Assembly: GCA_963666735.1 (NCBI GenBank)
Contig: OY762926.1
Coordinates: 3,328,001-3,392,000 of the forward strand
Length of the DNA: 64,000 bases
Direction of reading: 5' to 3'
Source: Gemmatimonadota bacterium
GTDB taxonomy: Bacteria > Gemmatimonadota > Gemmatimonadetes > Palauibacterales > Palauibacteraceae
Positions within the stretch are counted from its first letter, which is position 1; the number at the start of each line of letters is the position of its first letter. A model generated the notes under the pieces. That model was not told where the DNA came from and did no database searches. It worked only from the letters and a program-made list of their open reading frames with translations. This document shows, piece by piece, positions 1-8,836 of the stretch. The position numbers were made by a program, and so were the translations under genes.

Positions 1-864
1 GTTGAGGTCGGGCCAGCGCTCCCGGTCGAAGGCGAGTTCGCCCGCCGGGCGGCTGCGCCGCAGGAGGTCCTCGACACCCGGATACGCCTCCGGGGCTTCC
101 GCGTAACGGTCCCAAACGGTTGCCCACGCGCCGCGCCCGTCGCCGAGTCGGGCGCCCGCCGCCACATCGGCCTCCACACCGGGGTCGAAATCGAGCTTGT
201 CGGCGCACCGCTGGCGGAAGGCCGTCCACTCGGCGTCGCCCAGGCGGGCGCGTGTCGCGTCCGGATCCGCCATCCAGCGCAGCAGGTCGCGCCGGTAGTC
301 CTCCGAGAGCATTTCGTTGAAGTCATCGGCATCGAGGCGGCGTCCCCGAAGCTGGGCCACCGGCCGCACGGCCACCTCCGCCAGCGCGCCGCGCAACGCG
401 CCGACCGTCGCGCGGTCTGCGGCGATGTCCAGCCCGACGCCCCGGCGGGAACCCAGGAAGGCGGCCACCGTCCAGTCCTTACCGTTTGGGTGGTTCCATA
501 GGATGCCGCGGTACAGCAACTCCACCAACGGCCTCACCGCCTCGGGGCAGGCTTCGCCCGCCCGAAGCTGGCCCCGCTCGAATCCCGGCAGGTAGAGAAT
601 CGTAGTCCGCTCAACAGGCCCGCCCGGTGGCTGCAGCGTGCCATCCACCACACAGCGCAACCAGATCGCGGGACCGGTGCGAGTTTCCGGTTCGTAGGGT
701 CCCAGCGCGAACAACTCCGGCAGCCGTCTCCTGAGCACTGGAAGCAGGCCCTCCCACTCACGTCCCGGATCGGTCCACAGGATCACGGCCGGCGGCTCCT
801 GGCCCTCCGCCGCAGCATCCCGGGCCCGCACGCCGTCAACGACGTAATCAAGGGGCGTGTCCAT
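1..864 (-). CDS. pglZ: BREX system phosphatase PglZ (type B), N-terminal part; runs off the left window edge
   Basis: Not in the ORF track because it has no stop in the window. Manual translation from ATG at 864 gives 288 open codons: MDTPLDYVVDGVRARD...PAVILWTDPGREW...LGPYEPETRTGPAIWLRCVV...ILYLPG...LVELLYRG...NGKDWTVAAFL...GLDIA...DLLRWM...WPDLN. These blocks match the N-terminus of PglZ type B as I recall it. Confidence 0.85.
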   Translation of the reverse strand, partial: MDTPLDYVVDGVRARDAAAEGQEPPAVILWTDPGREWEGLLPVLRRRLPELFALGPYEPETRTGPAIWLRCVVDGTLQPPGGPVERTTILYLPGFERGQLRAGEACPEAVRPLVELLYRGILWNHPNGKDWTVAAFLGSRRGVGLDIAADRATVGALRGALAEVAVRPVAQLRGRRLDADDFNEMLSEDYRRDLLRWMADPDATRARLGDAEWTAFRQRCADKLDFDPGVEADVAAGARLGDGRGAWATVWDRYAEAPEAYPGVEDLLRRSRPAGELAFDRERWPDLN

Positions 865-1268
865 CAGGCAAGCGCCACCGAGTCGTTGCTGCGGCGCAGG
901 GTCACGCGAAACAGCTGGGCGGTTCGATTGGCGTCCCGGCCTCTGTCAATCATGTCATTCGCCCTCGGAGAACAGGTTTCGGCTCTGCGACGTCTGCAAG
1001 GCGGGTCGGCTCTCAGCGGAACCCACCTGAGGCGAGTTCCGCGCCCGTGGCTCGGGCCGAGGCCCCAGGCCATCTTCTCGATCCTGCCTGCCACCTTGGC
1101 GATGATGTCGCACGATACGTTCTCGGGAATCCCGCCGCCGTCGTCCACGTACGAGGAAAGGTACTCGGCGCTCGTCCCCTCCAAGCCAAGGTTCGCGTGA
1201 AGTGTGCGCGGCGACATTTCTCGCATACATTTGGGCGTGAAATGTATCAAAAAATGTATTCATGCATT

Positions 1269-1745
1269 TCATTCACTCTCCGACATTTCTTGCGAACCCG
1301 TAAACACGTATCGTGCGCCCCGTCCGTGCCCGTCGATCCGCACATGCCCTTCGTTCGCCAGTTCATGGATCAGGCGATTGATCTGCTGGCGATCCAGCTT
1401 CGTTATCCGCCTGACCGCGGCGTTGGCGAGCGGTGCCTCGCCGCGCATGGCTCCACCGCGAATCGCCTCAAGCACATCGCGTTTGACCGATGCCCAATCG
1501 CGCATCCCCTCGCTCGATTCCCCGACCATACCCTGGACGAGCGCGCCCCGGGTCTCCGGCCTCAGCGTCCAGTACTCGTCCCGTCCGCCTCCGCGCCGTT
1601 CGAGGAGACCGAGCGTTCCTTCCATTTCCAGCAGTACATCGCGGGCCTCACTCTCACGCCGCTGGCAGAGGACCGCCGCCTTGGCGGCCCTGATCTCCGC
1701 GCGACGAAGGAGATGGCGCAGCACAAGCAGATGGCCACGGTGGAA
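1269..1745 (-). pseudogene. 5'-truncated remnant (two C-terminal winged-HTH domains) of an AlbA_2/HATPase_c_4-type ATP-binding protein; could alternatively be a small stand-alone wHTH protein from ATG 1805
   Basis: C-terminal part of ORF 1269..2231: HLLVLRHLLRRAEI..AAVLCQRRESEARDVL..GLLERRGGGRDEYWTL and LANAAVRRITKLDRQQINRLIHELANEGHVRIDGHGRGARY. These parallel the two wHTH units at the C-terminus of the neighbouring 1876..3624 protein. No convincing RBS or start. Confidence 0.6.
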
Positions 1746-1772
1746 GTTGCAAGAACATGCGCTGATCCGATA

Positions 1773-1792
1773 AAATAGATCATGATCTATTT
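1773..1792. promoter_or_regulatory. Perfect 20-bp AT-rich palindrome, candidate operator
   Basis: AAATAGATCA|TGATCTATTT lies between the divergent wHTH remnant and the AlbA_2 gene. Confidence 0.55.
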
Positions 1793-1875
1793 GGAAGTTT
1801 GGCATGATTCGTTTATCTGTTCGTTTCGAACGTTTCTCCGGGAGGCCGTTTGAGATGCCGTTGCCAAGGACAACC

Positions 1876-3624
1876 ATGCCCGAAGATCTGGAGACTCTGA
1901 TCGCCGGGGGAGAATCCCTCGATGTCGAGTTCAAGGGTGAGTCGTCCCGGCCGCTTTCCGACGACGATCTGGTGGAGGCCGTGGTTTGTCTGGCCAACCG
2001 GCGCGGCACTGGACGGGGCTGGCTCCTCGTTGGGGTGGAGGATGATGGCTTCGTGTCCGGTGCGCGCCCGCGACACGAGGGAGGCAGTACCGACCTGAAC
2101 CGGGTGCGGGCGCTGATTGCGAACCGCACCCGGCCGTCGTTGACCGTGCATGCCGAGCTGCGCTCGGTGAACGAGGAGGATGTCCTTGTCGTTGAGGTCC
2201 CCGCGTCGGCGGACCCGGTGGGTACCGCCACGGGCCGATACCTGCGGCGTGTCGTCGGCGGTGACGGTAGACCCGCCTGCCACCCTTACCACTTCCACGA
2301 GATGCAGTCGCGCCGTGCCGACTCGCGGCTGCTGGACTACACCGCGCTTACGATACCCGAAGCCGGCTGGGAAGACATGTCGCCGATCGAGTTCGATCGC
2401 TTCCGTCGCTCGATCGCCGAAAATCCGGGTCGCGGAGATGAGGCGCTCCCCAGCCTCGGCGACCTCGACCTCGCAAAGGCTCTGGGCGCGGTGGAGACGG
2501 CGGGTGACCGCGTCGTTGTTCGCGTCCTCGGACTCCTGTTGTTCGGGCGGCAGAAGGCGCTCGTGTCGGGGGTCCCTACGCACGAGGTCGCCTTCCAGCG
2601 TCTCTCGCAAAACGACGTGGAGGCCAACGACTTCTTCCGCTGGCCGGTGCTGAGGGTCATGGAGGAGCTGGAGACGCGGTTTCGGTCGCACAACCGTGAG
2701 CGGGAGATATTCGTCGGGATGACGAGAGTCGGGATTCCCGACTATCCGGCCCGCGCCTACCGCGAAGGCGTCGCGAACGCCTTGGTGCATCGCGACTACA
2801 CGCGCCTCGGGGCGGTCCATGTGCAATGGCACGACGACAGGCTCCAAATCTCCAGCCCCGGCAGCTTCCCCGAGGGCGTACACCTCGACAACCTGCTCGT
2901 TACTGACCCGCGGCCCCGCAATCCGCTGCTGGCGGACGCCTTCAAGCGTGCGGGTATCGTCGAGCGCACTGGCCGGGGTATCGACGCGATATTCGAAGCA
3001 CAGCTCCGCGTCGGCCGCTCCATTCCGTCCTACGACCGCAGCACCGCCGCCGGCGTTACTCTCGTTCTGCCCGGTGGCCCGGCCAACCTCGGCTTCGTTC
3101 GACTCCGCGTCGAGGAGGAACGAACCGGCGGGCCGCTGGACCACCGGCAGCTCCTGCTTCTCCACCACCTGGGGTTGCAGGCTCGGATCACGGAGGCTGA
3201 GGCGGCACGCATTATCCAGCTGGATGAGGGCAGTGCCAGGCGGAGTCTGCATGCTTTGGTCGAGAAAGGGCTCGTCACTGCCGGCGGTCCTAGGGCGAAG
3301 CGGTCCTATCAACTCTCGGACGAGGCCCGCGAACGGTTCGGCGACGATCCGGTTCAGGGCCCCCATCCACTAACGATCTCGCAGCGGGAGTTCAGGGTCG
3401 AGGCCTACGCGCTGTCCAAGGGACGAGTCACGCGACGAGAAGTGGCCGAGCTGTGCGGGATTGGCCCGGCACAGGCGACCCGTCTGCTGGCGAGGATGGT
3501 GGACGAGGGGTTGCTCCGGCGTCATGGAAGGAGCCGCGGCACCTGGTACGAATCCGCCCGCCCTAACGTCGAACATCTCAAAGGATGGGCTCCACACATG
3601 CTGAAGGCCGCGCAGCGGGAATAG
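1876..3624 (+). CDS. Schlafen/AlbA_2-domain ATP-binding protein with HATPase_c_4 (RecG C-terminal-like) domain and C-terminal wHTH domains
   Basis: GGESLDVEFK, VVCLAN..G..LLVGVEDDG, YP.RAYREGVANALVHRDY, ISSPG, PRNPLLADAFKRAGIVERTGRGI, terminal TRREVAELCGI...RHGRSRGTWY. Start at ATG 1876 after AAGGA. Confidence 0.85.
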   Translation: MPEDLETLIAGGESLDVEFKGESSRPLSDDDLVEAVVCLANRRGTGRGWLLVGVEDDGFVSGARPRHEGGSTDLNRVRALIANRTRPSLTVHAELRSVNEEDVLVVEVPASADPVGTATGRYLRRVVGGDGRPACHPYHFHEMQSRRADSRLLDYTALTIPEAGWEDMSPIEFDRFRRSIAENPGRGDEALPSLGDLDLAKALGAVETAGDRVVVRVLGLLLFGRQKALVSGVPTHEVAFQRLSQNDVEANDFFRWPVLRVMEELETRFRSHNREREIFVGMTRVGIPDYPARAYREGVANALVHRDYTRLGAVHVQWHDDRLQISSPGSFPEGVHLDNLLVTDPRPRNPLLADAFKRAGIVERTGRGIDAIFEAQLRVGRSIPSYDRSTAAGVTLVLPGGPANLGFVRLRVEEERTGGPLDHRQLLLLHHLGLQARITEAEAARIIQLDEGSARRSLHALVEKGLVTAGGPRAKRSYQLSDEARERFGDDPVQGPHPLTISQREFRVEAYALSKGRVTRREVAELCGIGPAQATRLLARMVDEGLLRRHGRSRGTWYESARPNVEHLKGWAPHMLKAAQRE

Positions 3625-3675
3625 ATCCCTACTCCCACATGCGTTATCTGTCCGCCGCCCGCCCGCTACGACCCA

Positions 3676-4905
3676 TTACCCGCCGGGAACGCGGCGGAAG
3701 AGGCGGAACACGAGCACGAACGCGGTGGCGTACATCACGGCGCCGAGCAGGAACGGTGCGCCCGGCAGGTCCATGGGGGCGGCCGGTGAGGTGAAGTAGC
3801 TGAACAGGCCGGCGGTGAAGATCAGCGGGCTCAGGATGCTCGTCAGGCTCATGAGCGACTGGAGCGCTCCCTGGACCTTCCCCTGGTCCCGGGCCTCGAC
3901 CGCTCCCGCCACGAGGCTCTGGAGCGCGGGGCCCGCGACGCCGCCGATGGAACCGAAGATGATGAAGGCGATGAGCATCCACCCCTGCGTGGCGAGGCCG
4001 TAGCCCAGGTAGGTGATCACGCCCAGCACCAGTCCGCCCAGGACCGCCCGGCGCTCGCCGATGCGCTTGATGACGGGCTGAACGAGTCCTCCCTGGACGA
4101 TCGCCGCCATGAGGCCCACGAGCGCCAGCGACAGGCCGTTCGCGAGTTCGTCCCACCCGAACTTGTGCCCGGTGTAGAGGACCCACACGGTCTCGAGGCC
4201 GCGCTGCGCCAGGATGATGAACACGAAGGACACCGCGAGGCCGGCCACCAGCGGGTACGAGCGCAGCACGCGGAGGCTCCCGACCGGGCTGGCCTTCTTC
4301 CAGCTGAAGGCGTCTCGCTTCTCCGGCGGCAGCGACTCGGGGAGGACGAAGAGGCCGTACAGCGCGTTCACGAGGGCGAGACCCGCCGCCGCGAAGAAGG
4401 GGAGCCGCAGGTCGATGCCGCCCAGCAGCCCTCCGATGGCGGGGCCGAAGATGAATCCGAGGCCGAACGCGACGCCGATGAGCCCGAAGTTGCGGGCCCG
4501 GTTCTCGGGTTCGGACACGTCGGCGATGTAGGCGTTCGCCGTGGTAATGCTCGCCCCCATCACCCCCGCGATGAGGCGGCCCGCGAAGAGCCAGCCGATG
4601 GAGGGCGCGAGCCCCATGATGATGTAGTCAATCCCGAGGCCGAACAGAGAAATCAGAATCACGGGCCGCCGCCCGACCCGGTCCGAGAGGCTCCCCAGGA
4701 TCGGAGCGAAGAAGAACTGCATGACGGCGTAGGCCGCGGCGAGGATCCCGAACCAGCGTCCCGCGAGGGCCGTGCTTCCCCCCGTGAACTCCCTGATCAA
4801 CTCGGGGAGGATGGGGATGATGATCCCGATCCCCAGCACGTCGATGAAGACGGTGATGAGGATGAAGACCATCGCCGCCTCTCGGCCCCGCCCCGCTGCT
4901 TTCAC
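3676..4905 (-). CDS. TCR/Tet-family MFS efflux transporter
   Basis: About 12 hydrophobic segments, FIDVLGIGIIIPILP, motif A GSLSDRVGRRPV, GFIFGPAIGG. Confidence 0.9.
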   Translation of the reverse strand: MKAAGRGREAAMVFILITVFIDVLGIGIIIPILPELIREFTGGSTALAGRWFGILAAAYAVMQFFFAPILGSLSDRVGRRPVILISLFGLGIDYIIMGLAPSIGWLFAGRLIAGVMGASITTANAYIADVSEPENRARNFGLIGVAFGLGFIFGPAIGGLLGGIDLRLPFFAAAGLALVNALYGLFVLPESLPPEKRDAFSWKKASPVGSLRVLRSYPLVAGLAVSFVFIILAQRGLETVWVLYTGHKFGWDELANGLSLALVGLMAAIVQGGLVQPVIKRIGERRAVLGGLVLGVITYLGYGLATQGWMLIAFIIFGSIGGVAGPALQSLVAGAVEARDQGKVQGALQSLMSLTSILSPLIFTAGLFSYFTSPAAPMDLPGAPFLLGAVMYATAFVLVFRLFRRVPGG

Positions 4906-5055
4906 CCATCCTCCACGCGATCGTTAGCCGGAACGCCGCCAACGCGCTGGCGGGTCGCGTAAGGTGGCGGGGACAGCGAGCCAATTCCAGCCGCACTCGA
5001 AGCGCCTGCGGCGACCGCGCCAACTCCCGTGCCGGCTCCCGTGCCGGCTCCCCTG

Positions 5056-6063
5056 CTAACTCACGTGCCGCTGGCGCGGGGCGTCGTGCCGCTGGCGGTA
5101 GTTCGCATACACCCGTTCACCGCCATGGTCGCCGCGGCGGGCCCGGGGGTTCGAGAACCCGGTCAGGTGCACGGCGACCTCGTCCACAACGAGCGCACCG
5201 CCGATGGCGCGTTCGGCGACGATCCCCACGTCGCGCCCCAGGCCGACGGCGGGGTGGTCATCGAAGGATCCCGCGCTCAGCCGGTCGAGGAAATCCTGCG
5301 CCGCGGAGGCCGGCGCGGTCCTGTCCCCCTCCGTGCGCCGTTCCAGCGCGTCGACACCGTAGCTTCGCACAAGCTTGGGGAGAAACGCGGCGAGCGTGGC
5401 GTGACGGTCGAAGAGATCCAGACCGTAGTTTCCGCCGGCCACCGAGAAGATGGCGCCGAGTTGATCCGGCGCGGCTTCCACCTCCCGCACGTAGTCCTCC
5501 AGCGCCTTCGCGTGGCGCTCGAAGATCTCGCTCATGGCGCCGGTCTCCGAAGGGGCATCCATCGCCGTGGCCTTCTCGTCGATCGCACTCCACACCCGGC
5601 TCTGGTCGGAGCGCCGCGTCCCCTCGCTGCGCATCGACTGCTGCACGCTCGCGTATCTCTCCGCCCGGCCGCTCGCGAAGTGCATCCGGTCCGTCACCCG
5701 GAATCCGGGGCTGTCGTAGGACCAGCGGCCCTGCTCCACGCAGGAGACGGGGATGACCGTCGTCTTCCCGGCGGGGAGCAGCAGCGTGAGGTTGGCGACC
5801 CGGTTCTGCTTCGCACCGACGAGTTCCTCGCCGTCCACGATGAGCACGGGACGGTCCGCCCGGTTTTCCACCTCGAGGTCGGGGACGCTGCCCCCCATCG
5901 ACACCTCGCGCACGGTGACCAGATCCTCGCGAAGTCCCTCTCCCAGCAGGAGGTAATCGAGATCCGAGGTCTCCCGGGAAAGCAGCGGGAACACCGTGAG
6001 GCCGCCGCAGAAGGCCGGTTCGGCGATCTCGAGGCCGGCGATGGCGGACGTGATCTGGTTCAT
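5056..6063 (-). CDS. ARPP-1 family (DUF6569-like) protein
   Basis: EVSMGGSVPDLEVEN..PVLIVDGEELVGAKQNR..IPVSCVEQGRW..SDQSRVW. ATG 6063 is preceded by AAGGAG. Confidence 0.75.
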   Translation of the reverse strand: MNQITSAIAGLEIAEPAFCGGLTVFPLLSRETSDLDYLLLGEGLREDLVTVREVSMGGSVPDLEVENRADRPVLIVDGEELVGAKQNRVANLTLLLPAGKTTVIPVSCVEQGRWSYDSPGFRVTDRMHFASGRAERYASVQQSMRSEGTRRSDQSRVWSAIDEKATAMDAPSETGAMSEIFERHAKALEDYVREVEAAPDQLGAIFSVAGGNYGLDLFDRHATLAAFLPKLVRSYGVDALERRTEGDRTAPASAAQDFLDRLSAGSFDDHPAVGLGRDVGIVAERAIGGALVVDEVAVHLTGFSNPRARRGDHGGERVYANYRQRHDAPRQRHVS

Positions 6064-6074
6064 CTCTCCACTCC

Positions 6075-6166
6075 TTGATATTGTCAGTGTTGATATTATG
6101 TTGACAGTAGGGCGGAGATTCGGATAAGTCAACGGTCGTCGTCGTCAGACGACAGTAAATGTCAGT
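6075..6166. promoter_or_regulatory. Divergent promoter/operator region between the ARPP-1 and MerR-like genes
   Basis: AT-rich. TTGACA at 6101 (+); TTGACT-17-TACTGT on the minus strand (6132..6104); repeated TTGATATT, TGTCAGT and GACAGTA; GACA-N5-TGTC at 6151-6163. Confidence 0.5.
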
Positions 6167-6191
6167 TCACGGTCGGAGCGGCGGAGACGGG

Positions 6192-6794
6192 ATGCGCAGT
6201 TACACGGCCCGGGAGTTGGAAGAGGAAACGGGGTTCAGGCGACGTACGATCGCCTATTACGTGCAGGTCGGACTGCTTCCGCGTGTCGGGCGAAGGGGAC
6301 CGAAGACCCGTTATCCGAAGCTCGTGCGGGACCGCCTCCTCTTCATTCGACGGGTGCGCGAGGCGGAAGGGGCCGGGAAGGTGCCCGCGACCGGTCTCCG
6401 CCAGATCGGCGCCGTGTTCGAGGGATCGTCGCCGGAACTCATCACGGGCGTCGCGGACGGACGGATCGCGGTGACCGCCGACCTCCTCTCCGCGCGCTCC
6501 ACCGGAGCCGATGCCCCGCTACGGACCGGGGACGTGACCGAACGGCGGGAGTCGCCGGCCGCCCTTGCCGCCCCGCGAGCCCGGCGGGCCGCGCTCAGCG
6601 ACAGGCTGCTGGTGCGCGAGGAGGAACCGCGCTGGCCTCAGGAGGCGATGGCGGCTCCCGCCGACGATCCGGAGTTGGCTGCGTTGCTGGCCGCCCTGCA
6701 GCAGGTAGCGGGCCGCGCCGACGAAGACGCAGCCCTGCTCGAAACGATCGGGCGCCGGCTTCGTGAACTGCTGGCGGACCGGTTCGGCGACTGA
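6192..6794 (+). CDS. MerR-like HTH protein
   Basis: YTARELEEETGFRRRTIAYYVQVGLLP...RY...RLLFIRR N-terminal HTH; GGAG RBS before ATG 6192. Confidence 0.75.
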   Translation: MRSYTARELEEETGFRRRTIAYYVQVGLLPRVGRRGPKTRYPKLVRDRLLFIRRVREAEGAGKVPATGLRQIGAVFEGSSPELITGVADGRIAVTADLLSARSTGADAPLRTGDVTERRESPAALAAPRARRAALSDRLLVREEEPRWPQEAMAAPADDPELAALLAALQQVAGRADEDAALLETIGRRLRELLADRFGD

Positions 6795-6816
6795 CGCCGG
6801 GTCTTGCCGCGGGCGG

Positions 6817-8091
6817 CTAGGACTCGATGTCGTAGAAGCTCTCGACGGGGGGCGGGTTTGCGGGGACGGGGCCGCCTGCGAGCGCGTCGCGCATCGCGGG
6901 CGCCCGCGGGGTGGCGGCGACCGTGCCGAATCCGGAGGTGTCGTCTGCCATGGCCGCGAAGAGTCGGCCGGCGCGCTCGAGCCGGGTGGTGATCTCCTCC
7001 TCGATCGGTTCGAGACTCCAGTCGCCGCGCTTCATCACGTGTCCAAGCGCGATCCCGTCCGAACGCGGCAGGACCCCGATGCGGCCGCCCCCCGGGGCGC
7101 TGCCCTCGAGGCTGTAGCCGATCTCTGGCTGAGGGGCGAGGAAGGTGAGCTGGCCCTTGACCGGGGTCATCGTTTCGTCCCCGAACAGGGCCCGGGCGCC
7201 GAGTCCGGTGCAGTTGGCGATGAGCGGCTCGTCGAGCGACACGAGGTCGCGGAGTGTCTCGAAGTCGCGGATCCGCACGCGCCCGCCGAAGAGGAGGAAC
7301 TCCTCCATCAACTCATCGAGATAGATCGATGGCTCGATGCGGAGGGTCGGCCTGCGAAGCGCGTAGGCGCCGGGGAAGGGGTGTTCTCCCGGCTGCAGCA
7401 CGGTGGCGGCCACGTCGAGGCCCGGGTCGAGGCCGCTCTCGGTCTCGTCGAGTCCGGAATCTTCCACCCGCCGGCCCGAAAGGCGGTTCGTCCAGGTGTA
7501 CGTCGTCAGCCAGGACACGCCGCGCCCGGCTCCGGCGAACAGTTGCAACTGCTCGTAGGAGGCGCGGACCGCCCGGTCGAACTGGGCGTCGAAGGCCGGG
7601 GTCCGTTCCGGCGCCGACACCAGGTTGGAGAGCGGCGAGAACCCGGCGTAGGCCATGTTCGAGGTCGTGTCGGGCGGGAGGGCGCGCGCGTGGATCGTCA
7701 CGTCGAAGCCGCGGCGCTGGAGCTGCCGCGCGGTGGCGAGGCCGACGGCGCCGGCTCCGATGACGGCGGCTTGCCGCGAAGGATGAGGTTCGGCCAGTTC
7801 GGCGGCGAGCAGGCCCGTCCCCCAGGAGAGGGAGATCCCAGCGCCGCCGTGGCCGTAGTTGTGGATGATCGTCTTGTCGTCGAGCCGCTCCGTGGCCACG
7901 CGAAAACCGGCGGGCCGGAACGGTCTGAGACCGACGGTGGTTCGGATCACGCGGTCCGGCGAGACTCGGACGAGGGGCAGCGTCGGGGCGACCGGCCCGG
8001 GCGGAACACGGCGCCAGGCGGGGGAACACGCGCCGAGACTCGAGCCCAGCGCCGCGGTCCCCATGGTCTTGATCAACGTTCGTCGGTTCAC
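6817..8091 (-). CDS. FAD-dependent oxidoreductase, D-amino-acid oxidase family, with Tat-type/lipoprotein signal
   Basis: NRRTLIK twin-arginine signal and LGAC; VGLRPFR and HNYGHGGAGISLSWG motifs precede the GAGAVG Rossmann motif; ANCTGLGA, PVKGQ. Confidence 0.8.
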   Translation of the reverse strand: MNRRTLIKTMGTAALGSSLGACSPAWRRVPPGPVAPTLPLVRVSPDRVIRTTVGLRPFRPAGFRVATERLDDKTIIHNYGHGGAGISLSWGTGLLAAELAEPHPSRQAAVIGAGAVGLATARQLQRRGFDVTIHARALPPDTTSNMAYAGFSPLSNLVSAPERTPAFDAQFDRAVRASYEQLQLFAGAGRGVSWLTTYTWTNRLSGRRVEDSGLDETESGLDPGLDVAATVLQPGEHPFPGAYALRRPTLRIEPSIYLDELMEEFLLFGGRVRIRDFETLRDLVSLDEPLIANCTGLGARALFGDETMTPVKGQLTFLAPQPEIGYSLEGSAPGGGRIGVLPRSDGIALGHVMKRGDWSLEPIEEEITTRLERAGRLFAAMADDTSGFGTVAATPRAPAMRDALAGGPVPANPPPVESFYDIES

Positions 8092-8140
8092 GCAATAAGA
8101 CTGATGCCAACCACCGGCGTCGGCCAGAGAGCACGTCGAG

Positions 8141-8162
8141 GCGTTCCCGCGGGAACGTCCCG
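8141..8162. repeat. 22-bp intergenic repeat, copy 1, containing the perfect 16-bp palindrome CGTTCCCGCGGGAACG
   Basis: Exact reverse complement of 18848-18869. Confidence 0.7.
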
Positions 8163-8173
8163 GGAGGGAAGGA

Positions 8174-8836
8174 ATGCAGGAAAAAGTGATTGAGACGTCG
8201 GAAGACATCGCCGAGGGCCTCGATGCGTTGGTGCGCATCGACGGACGGCTTGCGGAGGTGGTCGAACGGGCGGGGGCGGTGCCGCTGCGGCGAAGCCCCC
8301 CCGGCTTCGAGGGCCTCGCCCGGGTCATCGTTTCGCAGATGGTGTCGAAGGCGGCCGCCGCCGCGATCTGGGAGCGGCTCCTCGAAGAGGCGGACTGCTG
8401 CGCGCCCGGACGGGTCGCCGGACTCTCCGATGCGCAATGCCGCCGGATCGGGCTTTCCCGCTCCAAGGAGATGACGCTGAAACGCGCGGCGGAAGCCGTC
8501 CTTGGCGGGAGCCTCGATCCGGAAGCGCTGTGCCTCATGCCTGCCGTGGCAGCCATCGCCGCCATGACGGCGCTCAAGGGGGTCGGAGTGTGGACGGCCG
8601 AGGTCTACCTCCTGTTCTGCGCCGGCCATCGCGACATTTTTCCGGCAGGCGATCTTGCGCTGCGAAGCGCGGCGGGACATGCGCTCGGCCTCGAAGAACG
8701 GCCCGACGAAGAAACGCTCCGCGAGATCGCCGGCCGCTGGCGACCCTGGCGGAGCGTGGCGGCGCGCCTTCTCTGGGCGTACTACTCGGCGGAAATGCGG
8801 CGGCGAAACGTGACGCCGATGGGTTCCCGGGGCTAG
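8174..8836 (+). CDS. alkA: DNA-3-methyladenine glycosylase II (HhH-GPD family)
   Basis: GFEGLARVIVSQMVS, LKGVGVWTAEVYLLF, FPAGDLAL, WRPWRSVAARLLW. Confidence 0.88.
   Translation: MQEKVIETSEDIAEGLDALVRIDGRLAEVVERAGAVPLRRSPPGFEGLARVIVSQMVSKAAAAAIWERLLEEADCCAPGRVAGLSDAQCRRIGLSRSKEMTLKRAAEAVLGGSLDPEALCLMPAVAAIAAMTALKGVGVWTAEVYLLFCAGHRDIFPAGDLALRSAAGHALGLEERPDEETLREIAGRWRPWRSVAARLLWAYYSAEMRRRNVTPMGSRG

Noticed and set aside
864..1272. 128-aa and 105-aa minus-strand ORFs upstream of pglZ, one with its stop overlapping the pglZ ATG
   Set aside because: No recognisable family, RBS or typical codon pattern. Could be a degraded gene but cannot be supported.
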